NCBI GenBank assembly: GCA_964446965.1
Contig: CAYUQD010000004.1
Location: forward strand, 1 to 60,336
Direction of reading: 5' to 3'
From: an uncultured Candidatus Saccharibacteria bacterium
GTDB taxonomy: Bacteria > Patescibacteriota > Minisyncoccia > Phycocordibacterales > UBA9973
DNA length: 60,336 nucleotides
The notes below the pieces were generated by a model, which worked only from the letters and a program-made list of their open reading frames with translations, was not told where the DNA came from and did no database searches. The stretch's first letter is position 1. Every line of letters starts with the position of its first letter. Shown here piece by piece: positions 45,749-54,903 of this stretch. Made by a program: the position numbers and the translations under genes.

Positions 45749-46306
45749 TTATGCTCTGACCCATACTTCGACTGTGGCGTCATTGCTGTTGCCTCTGTCT
45801 TTGTCATCATTTGTTTTTGGAGCTCGTTGTTTAATCTCCATTGTTCTACTCGGATCAATACGATACTGATCGTGTGAGAAACCGCAAAATTTAATTTCTT
45901 GAGATTTATCACTACAAGGATATGATCCAAAGATGCGTGTTTGGTGGATTTCTTGAATTGCGAGATATTGCAATCCCAGAGAGTATATTATTCCACCACC
46001 AATAATCCAGGTGATCGTTCCCGTACAACGCTCTGCGAACGCAAGTGCTTCCCATAGATTCGGCACAACCGTAAAACCTAGATTTTCGAGTTGAGAAACT
46101 CTGTTTGTTGATATGGCAATACACGGCCTCCCTTTCAATGGTTTTCCCAAGGCCAGTGCGGTATTTGCACCCATTATGACAGGGTTACCCTTTGTTTTTG
46201 CCAAAAAGTTTAATACGAGATCATCATACATCTCCCATACCATATTGAGACCATGACCGATGATATTGTTTACTTCTGTGGCGACTATTAAATGTACAGG
46301 TTTCAT
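45749..46306 (-). CDS. folA: Dihydrofolate reductase-like protein
   Basis: IVA...NIIG....M.W....DL..F...TKGNPVIMG..T...LGKPLKGR and WIIGGGIIY match DHFR motifs. C-terminal extension present. Confidence 0.65.
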   Translation of the reverse strand: MKPVHLIVATEVNNIIGHGLNMVWEMYDDLVLNFLAKTKGNPVIMGANTALALGKPLKGRPCIAISTNRVSQLENLGFTVVPNLWEALAFAERCTGTITWIIGGGIIYSLGLQYLAIQEIHQTRIFGSYPCSDKSQEIKFCGFSHDQYRIDPSRTMEIKQRAPKTNDDKDRGNSNDATVEVWVRA

Positions 46307-46431
46307 AAAAATAATTATTTTGGTTTAATTCACCCTACCAAACATTGAACTTTTGTCAACTTTGACATATGAGGTAGAAAGGGTAATGTTGGGACAAATA
46401 AACAAAATTTCATAATTTAAATTCTTTGAAA

Positions 46432-47064
46432 ATGAAAAAACAGAAAATAATTTCCGTTACTAAATGGGCTGTTTTGGAAGAATGCAGACTCATCGAAAAT
46501 CACGAAGAGGTTCTTGATATCGTCAATGAAGCTCGAACATTAGGATTAAAAATTATATACACAATGGGTGCATACGACATGTTCCATGTCGGACATGCTC
46601 GATACGTAAGAAAGGCAAAAGAAAAAGGAGATCTGCTCATTGTTGGTGTTGATTCTGATGAATATATCAAAGCAACAAAAGGAGAAGATCGGCCAGTTGT
46701 ACCATATGTAGAGCGCTCAGAGATGCTGATTGAAAATCGATCAGCAGACATTGTTGTAATGCTTCAAACACAGGATGCAAATATGCAATTAGTTGAGATG
46801 ATTCGTCCTGATGCCGTAGTACTTTCATTCAGTAGTACAAAAGAAGATGTATCTATTTATCAGAAAAGAATGAATGAAAAATACGGTAAATACTGCGGTG
46901 ATGTAATCATATTTGAGCGGCAGGCTGAAACTTCAACAAGTGCAAAAATACGTCTCATTGTTATAGATGGTGCAAAAACGCTTCTCGATAAAATTCAAAA
47001 AACTATTGATGAGCTCACAGAAGCATATAAATCATTCTTCAAAAAAAATGGAGGTGAATCATGA
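46432..47064 (+). CDS. Cytidylyltransferase-fold nucleotidyltransferase (TagD/RfaE-II/RibL-like) with a C-terminal extension
   Basis: GAYDMFHVGHARYVRKAKEKGDLLIVGVDSDE (HxGH motif). TTG at 46426 is possible. The stop overlaps the next start (ATGA). Confidence 0.65.
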   Translation: MKKQKIISVTKWAVLEECRLIENHEEVLDIVNEARTLGLKIIYTMGAYDMFHVGHARYVRKAKEKGDLLIVGVDSDEYIKATKGEDRPVVPYVERSEMLIENRSADIVVMLQTQDANMQLVEMIRPDAVVLSFSSTKEDVSIYQKRMNEKYGKYCGDVIIFERQAETSTSAKIRLIVIDGAKTLLDKIQKTIDELTEAYKSFFKKNGGES

Positions 47065-47918
47065 AAGAAGAAATAGCAATCGTATTGTACATGCCAGCTT
47101 TGCACAAAGGGTATTTAGATCTCATCAAGAAGGATGATAGGAACATCGATACGATTTTCCTCATTAGCGAAACATTGGTAAAAGAAACCGATGAGGAGCT
47201 TGCTTGGATGTTTGAAAAAGACCTTCGAGCAGTATCGGCTACTGAAATGCAACTAGCGCTTTCCGCCTTACAGCTCGCAAGTAGTGTAAAAATTTTGGAT
47301 GAACATAATCTTGTAGGATTTAATCTTGTTATCATTCCAGATAATGATGATTTAGTGGAAAAAATAGTATCAAAATTATATCCACTCATTGTCCCTCAAA
47401 AAGAGAAATGGTTTATCCGGTGGGGTAAGAAGACCGTACTATCACAACGTGCACCTGTTCCAACTGCAAGTATTTCAACCACTGAACTTGATCAGGAAAT
47501 TATGATGAAAGCTTTTAGTTTTGCTGAAAAAAGCTCAGACTGGTGGAGACAGGTAGGTGTGATTATTTTTCCATTACATGGACAACCAATTACAGGATTC
47601 AACCAGCACGTGCCGCATCCACAGGCTCCATATATAAATGGTGATCCACGGACAAATTTTAAACCCGGTGAATATATTGAGTTGTCTACAGCAGGACATG
47701 CAGAACCAACAGTAATTGGTTTTGCTAGTAGAAAAGGAATTGTTCTTGATGGTGCAAGTATTTATGTAACAACTCTTCCTTGTCCTGCCTGTGCATGGCT
47801 TATTATGAGTTGTGGCTTCAAGAAAGTATATTACTGCGAAGGGTATTCACAAATGGGTTCGATCGAAACATTTCAAAATGCTGGAATAGAAGTGATCTTT
47901 GTCGACGTCCCAAAATAA
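47061..47918 (+). CDS. dCMP/cytidine deaminase-fold domain fused to an N-terminal ~140-aa domain of unknown function
   Basis: Zinc motifs HAEPT and PCPACAWLI in the C-terminal half. The N-terminus has a degenerate nucleotidyltransferase-like LHKGY. Confidence 0.65.
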   Translation: MKEEIAIVLYMPALHKGYLDLIKKDDRNIDTIFLISETLVKETDEELAWMFEKDLRAVSATEMQLALSALQLASSVKILDEHNLVGFNLVIIPDNDDLVEKIVSKLYPLIVPQKEKWFIRWGKKTVLSQRAPVPTASISTTELDQEIMMKAFSFAEKSSDWWRQVGVIIFPLHGQPITGFNQHVPHPQAPYINGDPRTNFKPGEYIELSTAGHAEPTVIGFASRKGIVLDGASIYVTTLPCPACAWLIMSCGFKKVYYCEGYSQMGSIETFQNAGIEVIFVDVPK

Positions 47919-47956
47919 TAAAACTGCTGATTGTTACATCAGCAGTTTTTTTGTTT

Positions 47957-48394
47957 TTACTTAAGAGGAATTCTAACGCCAGGACCATTTGGATCTGCTG
48001 CAATGATATGCCCGTGCAATCTTTTTACGGTTGCTCCGGTAAGATCAGTATCACCATATCGCATCCAATATCCACCGCCTTTAATTTCATACTCCGTGTT
48101 CATCTCAGCAATTACTTTTTGAAATTCAACAATTGCCTCAACGGGCAATTCTTCAAAAAGTTCAACATATATATTTGAGATTACCATGAAATGATGAATG
48201 GATCCGGGGTAGGGGTGAGCTGTCCTGGTAACGAACCAGTGATTGTAGTGCTTCAATATTGGGTATGGGTGATTCCTTAAGATATATTCTGGATCAAAAG
48301 GATCTATCCCATCGTCAATAATTTTTTGAAGCATTTCGATGTATCTTTCTCTCCCTCTTGCATTCTTGATGTTAACAAAGACTTTCTTTTCCAT
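47957..48394 (-). CDS. HIT-like nucleotide hydrolase/transferase (tentative)
   Basis: C-terminal VKRLHGHIIA resembles a partial histidine-triad motif. Confidence 0.45.
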   Translation of the reverse strand: MEKKVFVNIKNARGRERYIEMLQKIIDDGIDPFDPEYILRNHPYPILKHYNHWFVTRTAHPYPGSIHHFMVISNIYVELFEELPVEAIVEFQKVIAEMNTEYEIKGGGYWMRYGDTDLTGATVKRLHGHIIAADPNGPGVRIPLK

Positions 48395-48493
48395 AAGTGA
48401 AATTTTGCTTACTTTACCATAGGTTTATAAATAAGCAACTGATTAAAAAAGCCTCTTTCGTTTTAGAAAGAGGCTTCAAATTTTGTTACATAC

Positions 48494-49375
48494 TTACACA
48501 GTAATATCGCCTTTGATTTTTGGGTGCGGATCATAATTCCTAATTTCAACATCTTCTGGTTTAAATTCAAAGATATCTTTTATATCAGGATTTATGTATA
48601 GCTGCGGAAGCTCTTTTGGTGGTCTCGTCAGCTGTAGTTTCATTTGCTCAACATGGTTCTCATAAATATGAGCGCTTGCTTCTGAAACAATTAGTCTTCC
48701 TGGTGTATACCCAGTAACCTGTGCAATGAAAGATAACTGTAATGCATACTGAGCAATATTAAATGGAACTCCTAAAAAGAAATCACCGCTTCGCTGATAC
48801 AGTTTCATATTCAAAAACTTTTCATCAGCAGAAACACTGCACTGGAAAAACGGATGACATGATCTAAGCTTTACCTTATTGAATCCAAGGTCGGGTGGAT
48901 TCCACGCACTTACCAACATTCCTTTTGAGTGTGGAGCACGCTTTATCTCATTGATTAAGTCTTGAATCTGGTCAATAGTACTACCATCTGGTGTTCGCCA
49001 GTTTCTCCACTGTTGTCCATAAATTGGACCTAGGTCGCCGTTTTCATCAGCCCATTCATCCCAAATTTTTACCTTTCTTTCGTTTAAATATCTCGTGTTC
49101 GTATCACCAGATAACATCCACACGAGTTCGGTTGCGATGGTTTTCATAGGCATACCTTTTGTCGTCATAAGTGGAAATCCTTTTGTAAGGTCAAATTCCA
49201 TTTGAACGGTCCCAAAGAATTCAAGGTCATCAGTCTTTCTACCTTTCTTAAGAGGTTGATCCAGTATGGGTTGAACCCAGCGGAGATACTCGTAATCCAC
49301 ATGGAATGGAGTGTATTGTTCTGTATGGTAAGGCATTATTCCAGTAGCCTGCCATTTTTGTAGTTGTGTATCCAT
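48494..49375 (-). CDS. thyA: Thymidylate synthase (ThyA family)
   Basis: IWDEWADENGDLGPIYGQQWR.W.TPDG..IDQI, SCHPFFQ, LYQRSGDFFLGVPFNIAQYAL, HIYENH, YDPHP.IK. Confidence 0.8.
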   Translation of the reverse strand: MDTQLQKWQATGIMPYHTEQYTPFHVDYEYLRWVQPILDQPLKKGRKTDDLEFFGTVQMEFDLTKGFPLMTTKGMPMKTIATELVWMLSGDTNTRYLNERKVKIWDEWADENGDLGPIYGQQWRNWRTPDGSTIDQIQDLINEIKRAPHSKGMLVSAWNPPDLGFNKVKLRSCHPFFQCSVSADEKFLNMKLYQRSGDFFLGVPFNIAQYALQLSFIAQVTGYTPGRLIVSEASAHIYENHVEQMKLQLTRPPKELPQLYINPDIKDIFEFKPEDVEIRNYDPHPKIKGDITV

Positions 49376-49453
49376 ATTTTATTTTTTTAAATTTGTCCAA
49401 ATACTACCTTTATTTAGACCAAAGTCAAACGATGAAAATGTTACAATTTCTTC

Positions 49454-49876
49454 ATGCAAATCCGGGTGAAAAAGTTGGATCCATCGTTGCCAGATCTGTG
49501 CTACGCAAAGCCAGGCGATGCAGGCTTTGATCTGTATGCTCGTGAAGTGACGGTGTTGGAGCCAGGTGTACAGACCGCAGTAGCGACCGGAGTGTCTATT
49601 GAGCTCCCCGTAGGCTACGTCTCGCTCGTCTGGGACAAGAGTGGGCTCGCCATCAAGCATGGCCTCAAGGTCCTCGGTGGAGTCATCGACGCAGAGTACC
49701 GTGGCGAGTACATGGTCGGGATGATCAACCTCTCTGACAAGCCATATACCTTCGAGAAAGGGGACAAGGTCGCGCAGGTGTTGATACAGAAAGTTGAACA
49801 CGTGACATTTGAGATGGTCGATGAGCTCTCGGAGACAGCACGTGGAGCGACGGGCTTTGGCAGCTCGGGCAAGTAG
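49454..49876 (+). CDS. dut: dUTP diphosphatase
   Basis: GDAGFDLYA, GVIDAEYRGE, RGATGFGSSG. Confidence 0.85.
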   Translation: MQIRVKKLDPSLPDLCYAKPGDAGFDLYAREVTVLEPGVQTAVATGVSIELPVGYVSLVWDKSGLAIKHGLKVLGGVIDAEYRGEYMVGMINLSDKPYTFEKGDKVAQVLIQKVEHVTFEMVDELSETARGATGFGSSGK

Positions 49877-49918
49877 GGTCCAATAGCAAAACACGGGTTT
49901 TCTGTTAGAATCACTGGT

Positions 49919-51610
49919 ATGAACGACTATCTCGCAAAGTATGTATCCAAGGCAGTCCATGCTCTATTTGGGATTACCGGCGACTACGTCATCGAGCACC
50001 CCAAGGATATGTCGCACGGCGACTATGCGACCAGTGCAGCACTTGCTGTAGCAAAGCACGTCGGCAAGAGTCCGATCGAGGTTGCCACAGCACTCGTCGA
50101 GGAGTTGGAGAAAAATAAAGAAGCCTTCATCGAACGCATCGAGATCGCAGGTCCTGGTTTCATCAACTTCACCCTCGCTCGCGCGCATTTTGTATCTGCG
50201 ATCAGTGAAGCCGCCAATGTATCGATGTACGGACACACCAACGTATATGCGGGCAAGAATATATTGGTAGAGCACTCATCTCCCAACCTCTTCAAGCCAT
50301 TCCACATTGGTCACCTCATGAACAACACGATCGGGGAGAGTATTACTCGTCTCGCGCGCATGTCAGGTGCACAGGTATCTACGGTCTCATTCCCATCTGA
50401 TATCTCACTCGGAGTCGCAAAGGCGATCTTCATTCTCCTTGAGAACTATGGCGCAGACTATGTACCGACTGATGTCGCAGTACTCGGAGATGCATATGTG
50501 GAGGGCGTGAAGCGATACGATGATACTGAGAGTCCATCATGTGGTAGTACGCAGTACCGCGTCAAAGAAATCGCCGACAACCTCTATACTGGCAAGGACT
50601 CTCCAGAATTGAAACTCTATAATACATGTAAGAAATTCAATATCGAGTATTTCGAAACCATCGTCGCAAAACTCGGTTCACACTTCGACGCATATATATA
50701 TGAGAGCGAGGCAGGAGTCGATGGTGCAAAGATCGTCAAAGAGAATACCCCAAAGGTCTTTACTCAAAGTGATGGTGCGATCGTGTATATACCAGACGAA
50801 TCAAAGAAAAGTTTGCACACTGCAGTATTCATCAACTCCCAAGGCAACCCTACCTACGAAGCCAAGGACATTGGGCTCCTCGATCTCAAGTTCCGTCGCT
50901 ACAATCCTGACCTCTCCATATTCATCACCGACGTTCAGCAAGTCTCGCATTTTGGTGTCGTGCTCGATGCTGCCACCCATATCAATAGTGACTGGGCTGA
51001 GAAATCCCTCCACCGATACCACGGTCGCATGACATTCAAAGGGCAAAAGATGTCGTCTCGTCTCGGCGGGGTACCGCTCGTCACCGACGTACTCACTACT
51101 GTAGTCGAAGAAGTGAAGGAGAAAAATAGTGACATAGACGACGCAACTGCAGAGACGATCGGCATCGCTGCGATCAAGTTTGCAATATTGCGCGCAGCAG
51201 CGGGGAGCAACATCAACTTCGATCCTGAGACATCACTCTCGTTCATTGGAGACTCGGGTCCGTACCTCCAGTACACAGCCGTGCGTGCACAGGCACTATT
51301 ATCAAAGGGGAGTGAGGCAGGCATTGCTCCCGATGCGACAACTGCCGTTGCTGGCACAGAGACTATCGAGCGTCTCATTGCACGGTTCCCCGAATTCATG
51401 ACCCTCTCGCAGAGAGAATGGGCACCGCATCATATCGTCGGGTATCTCCTCGATGTCGCGCAAGCATTCAACTCTTGGTATGGGCAAGGCAAGATCATCG
51501 ATGAAGACACTACTGCAACCGCATATAGACTCGCCGTCGTGAAGGCAGTGCGCCAGACACTCGTCAACGGACTCGAGGTGTTGGGTATAGAAGTACCGGA
51601 TAGGATGTAA
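49919..51610 (+). CDS. argS: Arginine--tRNA ligase
   Basis: SSPN..KPFHIGHLMN (HIGH), KMSSRLG (class I KMSKS-like motif), C-terminal DALR anticodon-binding region, ends in RM. Confidence 0.9.
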   Translation: MNDYLAKYVSKAVHALFGITGDYVIEHPKDMSHGDYATSAALAVAKHVGKSPIEVATALVEELEKNKEAFIERIEIAGPGFINFTLARAHFVSAISEAANVSMYGHTNVYAGKNILVEHSSPNLFKPFHIGHLMNNTIGESITRLARMSGAQVSTVSFPSDISLGVAKAIFILLENYGADYVPTDVAVLGDAYVEGVKRYDDTESPSCGSTQYRVKEIADNLYTGKDSPELKLYNTCKKFNIEYFETIVAKLGSHFDAYIYESEAGVDGAKIVKENTPKVFTQSDGAIVYIPDESKKSLHTAVFINSQGNPTYEAKDIGLLDLKFRRYNPDLSIFITDVQQVSHFGVVLDAATHINSDWAEKSLHRYHGRMTFKGQKMSSRLGGVPLVTDVLTTVVEEVKEKNSDIDDATAETIGIAAIKFAILRAAAGSNINFDPETSLSFIGDSGPYLQYTAVRAQALLSKGSEAGIAPDATTAVAGTETIERLIARFPEFMTLSQREWAPHHIVGYLLDVAQAFNSWYGQGKIIDEDTTATAYRLAVVKAVRQTLVNGLEVLGIEVPDRM

Positions 51611-51664
51611 GTACTATCCTTGACTTCACAACTGTGCATGGTATTGTCATAAAAATTATTCATT

Positions 51665-52261
51665 ATGACAATCATAGGACAACTCGAAATTTTTAGTAAT
51701 CCATTTAACCTTTCATTTATTCTCTCTGGTAGTTCCTCCGAATGGTTTGAGATGATCGACATCTCGGGCCCCAATGTATACAAGAAGCAACTTTTTGTCG
51801 GAGAGCATGTTGCCAGTAGAGAGGAAATGATCCAACGTATTCGCACATTGCTCGCTAATGTGTTGGAGAACGGCAAAAAAGTTTTTGGTGTTTTACCAAA
51901 TGAATTTGGTGAAAACCCGAGATTTTTGACCAAGGGTATGGCGGATAAGATCATTGATACTTTGCAAAAGCCTGACACTTGGCGAGTCGATACGCATTTT
52001 AGTCATTGGAAGAAATTATTTCTTACCAAGCAAGATGGACTCATCGCCGGCCAAAAGATAGTATTGATCTACAAAACCGGCGCAATGAATGGTGAACGCA
52101 GACATTTAACAATCCAATCTGATATCAGAAAGGGATATCAGATGGAATTTGCAGGAAAACTCAAAGATGGTAATCCAGTACAGAGCATCGAGACAACGGC
52201 GGTTGAGGGAACATTCCTTGTATCGACTAGAGACTTTATCTGTACTATTGATATCATTTAG
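51665..52261 (+). CDS. Hypothetical protein
   Basis: 198-aa ORF followed by a terminator. No motif recognised. Confidence 0.45.
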   Translation: MTIIGQLEIFSNPFNLSFILSGSSSEWFEMIDISGPNVYKKQLFVGEHVASREEMIQRIRTLLANVLENGKKVFGVLPNEFGENPRFLTKGMADKIIDTLQKPDTWRVDTHFSHWKKLFLTKQDGLIAGQKIVLIYKTGAMNGERRHLTIQSDIRKGYQMEFAGKLKDGNPVQSIETTAVEGTFLVSTRDFICTIDII

Positions 52262-52269
52262 TTACGACA

Positions 52270-52293
52270 AGCCGCGCATTGCGGCTTTTTTTA
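52270..52293 (+). terminator. Intrinsic terminator
   Basis: agccgc-gcatt-gcggct followed by ttttttt. Confidence 0.6.
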
Positions 52294-52314
52294 TTTCCTG
52301 TACGATATGCGGGT

Positions 52315-52791
52315 ATGATTCACGAAACAGAAGAACGATCCCTTATTATCATTAAGCCAGACGCAGTCCAACGCTCACTCGTCGGAGAGATTATTACTCG
52401 CTTTGAACGCAAAGGTCTCAAGATCATCGGTATGAAGATGATGCATCTTAAAGAGGCATTGCTCAAGGAGCATTACGCACATGTCGCCGACAAGCCATTC
52501 TATCCACGTATCGAGCGCTTCATGATGTCTAGCCCTGTCATTATCATGGCAGTCGCTGGCATCAAGGCTGTGGACGCGATCCGTGTGATCGTGGGACCAA
52601 CCAAAGGGTATGAAGCAACAGCAGGAACGATCCGCGGAGACTTCGCACTCTCGATGCAGAGCAATGTTGTACACGCATCAGACTCTGTAGAGAATGGTGC
52701 AACTGAGATCAAGAGATTCTTTGATGAGAGCGAGATCATTGACTACGACAAAGTAGATACCAAGTTCATATTCTCTGACGACTTGATGTAA
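52315..52791 (+). CDS. ndk: Nucleoside-diphosphate kinase
   Basis: ERSLIIIKPDAV.R.L.GEII.RFE.KGL.I, GTIRGDFA, NVVHASDS. Confidence 0.9.
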   Translation: MIHETEERSLIIIKPDAVQRSLVGEIITRFERKGLKIIGMKMMHLKEALLKEHYAHVADKPFYPRIERFMMSSPVIIMAVAGIKAVDAIRVIVGPTKGYEATAGTIRGDFALSMQSNVVHASDSVENGATEIKRFFDESEIIDYDKVDTKFIFSDDLM

Positions 52792-52849
52792 AAAACTTTT
52801 GTTGTTTGCTTGTGAGGTAACTCAACAACGAAGTTATCCACTGTCTATC

Positions 52850-52877
52850 TTGTCCACACTGGTGAGGAAGATATAAT
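52850..52877 (+). promoter_or_regulatory. Sigma70-like promoter for the sRNA candidate
   Basis: TTGTCC, 16-nt spacer, TATAAT. The predicted start (~52884) coincides with the 5' arm of the long closing stem. Confidence 0.4.
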
Positions 52878-52883
52878 GAACAT

Positions 52884-53082
52884 ACGGCTATTTGAAAATA
52901 GTACTTAGAACATGACGATACGGGTAACCGTTGTAGTTGTCTGGAAACTATGGATGTGCTTTTTATTACGTACATCGAAGTCTCCTTGCAGCTCGCGTGA
53001 CCCACTTGGCTTGAAGCTAAGGTACTATTTTATAAATAGCCGTAACGAACGATCCCTTGGGCATTGCCCAAGGGATTTTTCT
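52884..53082 (+). ncRNA. Candidate ~200-nt structured RNA (unclassified sRNA or cis-leader of the downstream membrane-protein gene)
   Basis: 5' arm acggctatttgaaaatagtacttag (52884-52908) pairs with ctaaggtactattttataaatagccgt (53017-53043). A terminator atcccttgggc-att-gcccaagggat plus T-run follows. No convincing ORF. Confidence 0.35.
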
Positions 53083-53105
53083 GTACGGTGCTGTATACTG
53101 GCGAT

Positions 53106-53504
53106 ATGTATAGACGATTGATTGGGAGCGCAGCACTGGTGGGAATAGGACTATTTGTCGTCAATGCACTCGCCGTGACGTTCTACTGGTATGTATCGAT
53201 CCTATGGTTCGATATGCTCATGCATACGATCGGGGGAGTATTCGTTGCACTTCTCGGAGCAGCGGTACTGTGGCGTCATATCAAGGATCTGCGTGGATGG
53301 GATGTGTTCATCACACTCGCACTCTTTGTATTCATCATCGGGCTCGCATGGGAATACTATGAATACGTCGTGCAGTTCTTTATCAAGAGTGTGCACCTCG
53401 CCGACATATCAGACTCAATATCTGACCTCATCTGTGATATGTGTGGAGGAATGCTCGGCGCAATCTTTGTCATCGTGCTCCAGAAACGGTACAATAGGAG
53501 ATAA
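53106..53504 (+). CDS. Small four-TM membrane protein, unknown function
   Basis: ATG 53106 (MYRRLIGSAALVGIGLF). Four hydrophobic segments. Confidence 0.5.
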   Translation: MYRRLIGSAALVGIGLFVVNALAVTFYWYVSILWFDMLMHTIGGVFVALLGAAVLWRHIKDLRGWDVFITLALFVFIIGLAWEYYEYVVQFFIKSVHLADISDSISDLICDMCGGMLGAIFVIVLQKRYNRR

Positions 53505-54898
53505 TGTCGCAACCATCTTCGTCTTCGATAGAAAAAAAGAACACGCTGAGACTCACCTTTGCTGGTGGGACAGGTTCAGTTACTGGTGCAAACTTTCTCA
53601 TAGAAGGAGAAGGCAAAAAAATCTTGATCGACTGCGGACTCAACCAGGGGACAAAGATGGCCGATGACAAGAACTGGGATCCATTTATCTATGACCCATC
53701 CACGATCGACATCCTCTTTATCACACATGCGCATATCGACCACATCGGACGCATCCCCAAGCTCGTACACGACGGCTTCAAGGGCGAGATATACTCGACG
53801 ATCCCGACCAAGGATATCACTGAGCTCATGCTCGACGACACTGCGAACATTCTCGGTCACTCTGAGAACCCTACACTCAAGGAGATCTATAGCCCAAAGA
53901 TCCTCGAACAAGTATTTCGCAATTGGAAGGTGATCGACTACCATCAGGATCTCACGGTCGGACCATTCGTCTTTCGCTATCGAGACTCTGGACATGTGCT
54001 CGGCTCCGGTATGCTCGAGATGATGTATAATAATAAAAAGATCGTATTCACGGGCGACCTCGGCAACTCACCGTCTCCACTTTTGCGCGATACTGAACCC
54101 CTCAAAAATGTGGACTATCTCCTCATGGAAAGTGTGTATGGTGACCGCAACCACAGCGAGCGCGCTGTACGACGAGAGAAGCTTGAAGCAACCATTGAGG
54201 ATAACTACAAGCGCAAGGGGACACTCGTCATCCCAACATTCTCGCTCGAACGCTCCCAAGAACTTCTCTTTGAGATCGATCAACTCGTCGAACACGACCG
54301 CGTGCCACAGATGCCAATATTCTTTGATAGTCCGCTCGGCATTCGACTCACGACTATCTATGCAAAGTATGGACGATATTTCAATGACCTTGCCCGCAAG
54401 CTCGTCGGGGATGGTAATGACATCTTCAATTTTCCCGGACTCAAGTCAACCCTCCTCACCGAAGAATCCAAAAGCATATTGCACGAGACCAACCCCAAGA
54501 TCGTCATTGCGGGGAGTGGGATGAGTAATGGCGGGCGGGTGCTCCACCACGAAGCCAACTACTTGCCCAACCCCAACAACACGCTTCTCCTCACCGGCTA
54601 CCAATCGTTGGGTACGATGGGACGCGCCATCCAAGACGGCGCAAAGGAAGTGCACATCAATGGTCGTGTCGTACCAGTCAAAGCCAACATCGTCTTTATC
54701 GATGGATACTCTGGTCACAAAGACTCAGATCACCTCATCGAATTCGTTGAACAGATCGCAGACACTGTGAAGAAAGTGTATGTCGCAATGGGCGAGCCAA
54801 AGAGTGCGCTGTATCTCACCCAACGACTGCGTGACTATCTCGGTGTCGAAGCGTTCGCTCCCCAAGAAGGTGATGTGGTAGAATTGGACTGCAATTAA
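53504..54898 (+). CDS. MBL-fold beta-CASP family hydrolase (probable RNA/DNA nuclease)
   Basis: ITHAHIDHIG, FRYRDSGHVLGS, VFTGDLG, beta-CASP motifs, GYSGH.D. Confidence 0.8.
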   Translation: MSQPSSSSIEKKNTLRLTFAGGTGSVTGANFLIEGEGKKILIDCGLNQGTKMADDKNWDPFIYDPSTIDILFITHAHIDHIGRIPKLVHDGFKGEIYSTIPTKDITELMLDDTANILGHSENPTLKEIYSPKILEQVFRNWKVIDYHQDLTVGPFVFRYRDSGHVLGSGMLEMMYNNKKIVFTGDLGNSPSPLLRDTEPLKNVDYLLMESVYGDRNHSERAVRREKLEATIEDNYKRKGTLVIPTFSLERSQELLFEIDQLVEHDRVPQMPIFFDSPLGIRLTTIYAKYGRYFNDLARKLVGDGNDIFNFPGLKSTLLTEESKSILHETNPKIVIAGSGMSNGGRVLHHEANYLPNPNNTLLLTGYQSLGTMGRAIQDGAKEVHINGRVVPVKANIVFIDGYSGHKDSDHLIEFVEQIADTVKKVYVAMGEPKSALYLTQRLRDYLGVEAFAPQEGDVVELDCN

Positions 54899-54903
54899 TA
54901 TCT

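Noticed and set aside
49379-49960. 193-aa minus-strand ORF
   Set aside because: Antisense to the well-supported dut gene and to the argS start. No motifs.
52884-53082. Assignment as SRP RNA, tmRNA, RNase P RNA or a known riboswitch class
   Set aside because: I could not find the conserved cores by eye (GGAA/AGCA domain IV of SRP, tRNA-like tmRNA ends, the RNase P GGAAAGUCC box, TPP or fluoride motifs). Left unclassified.
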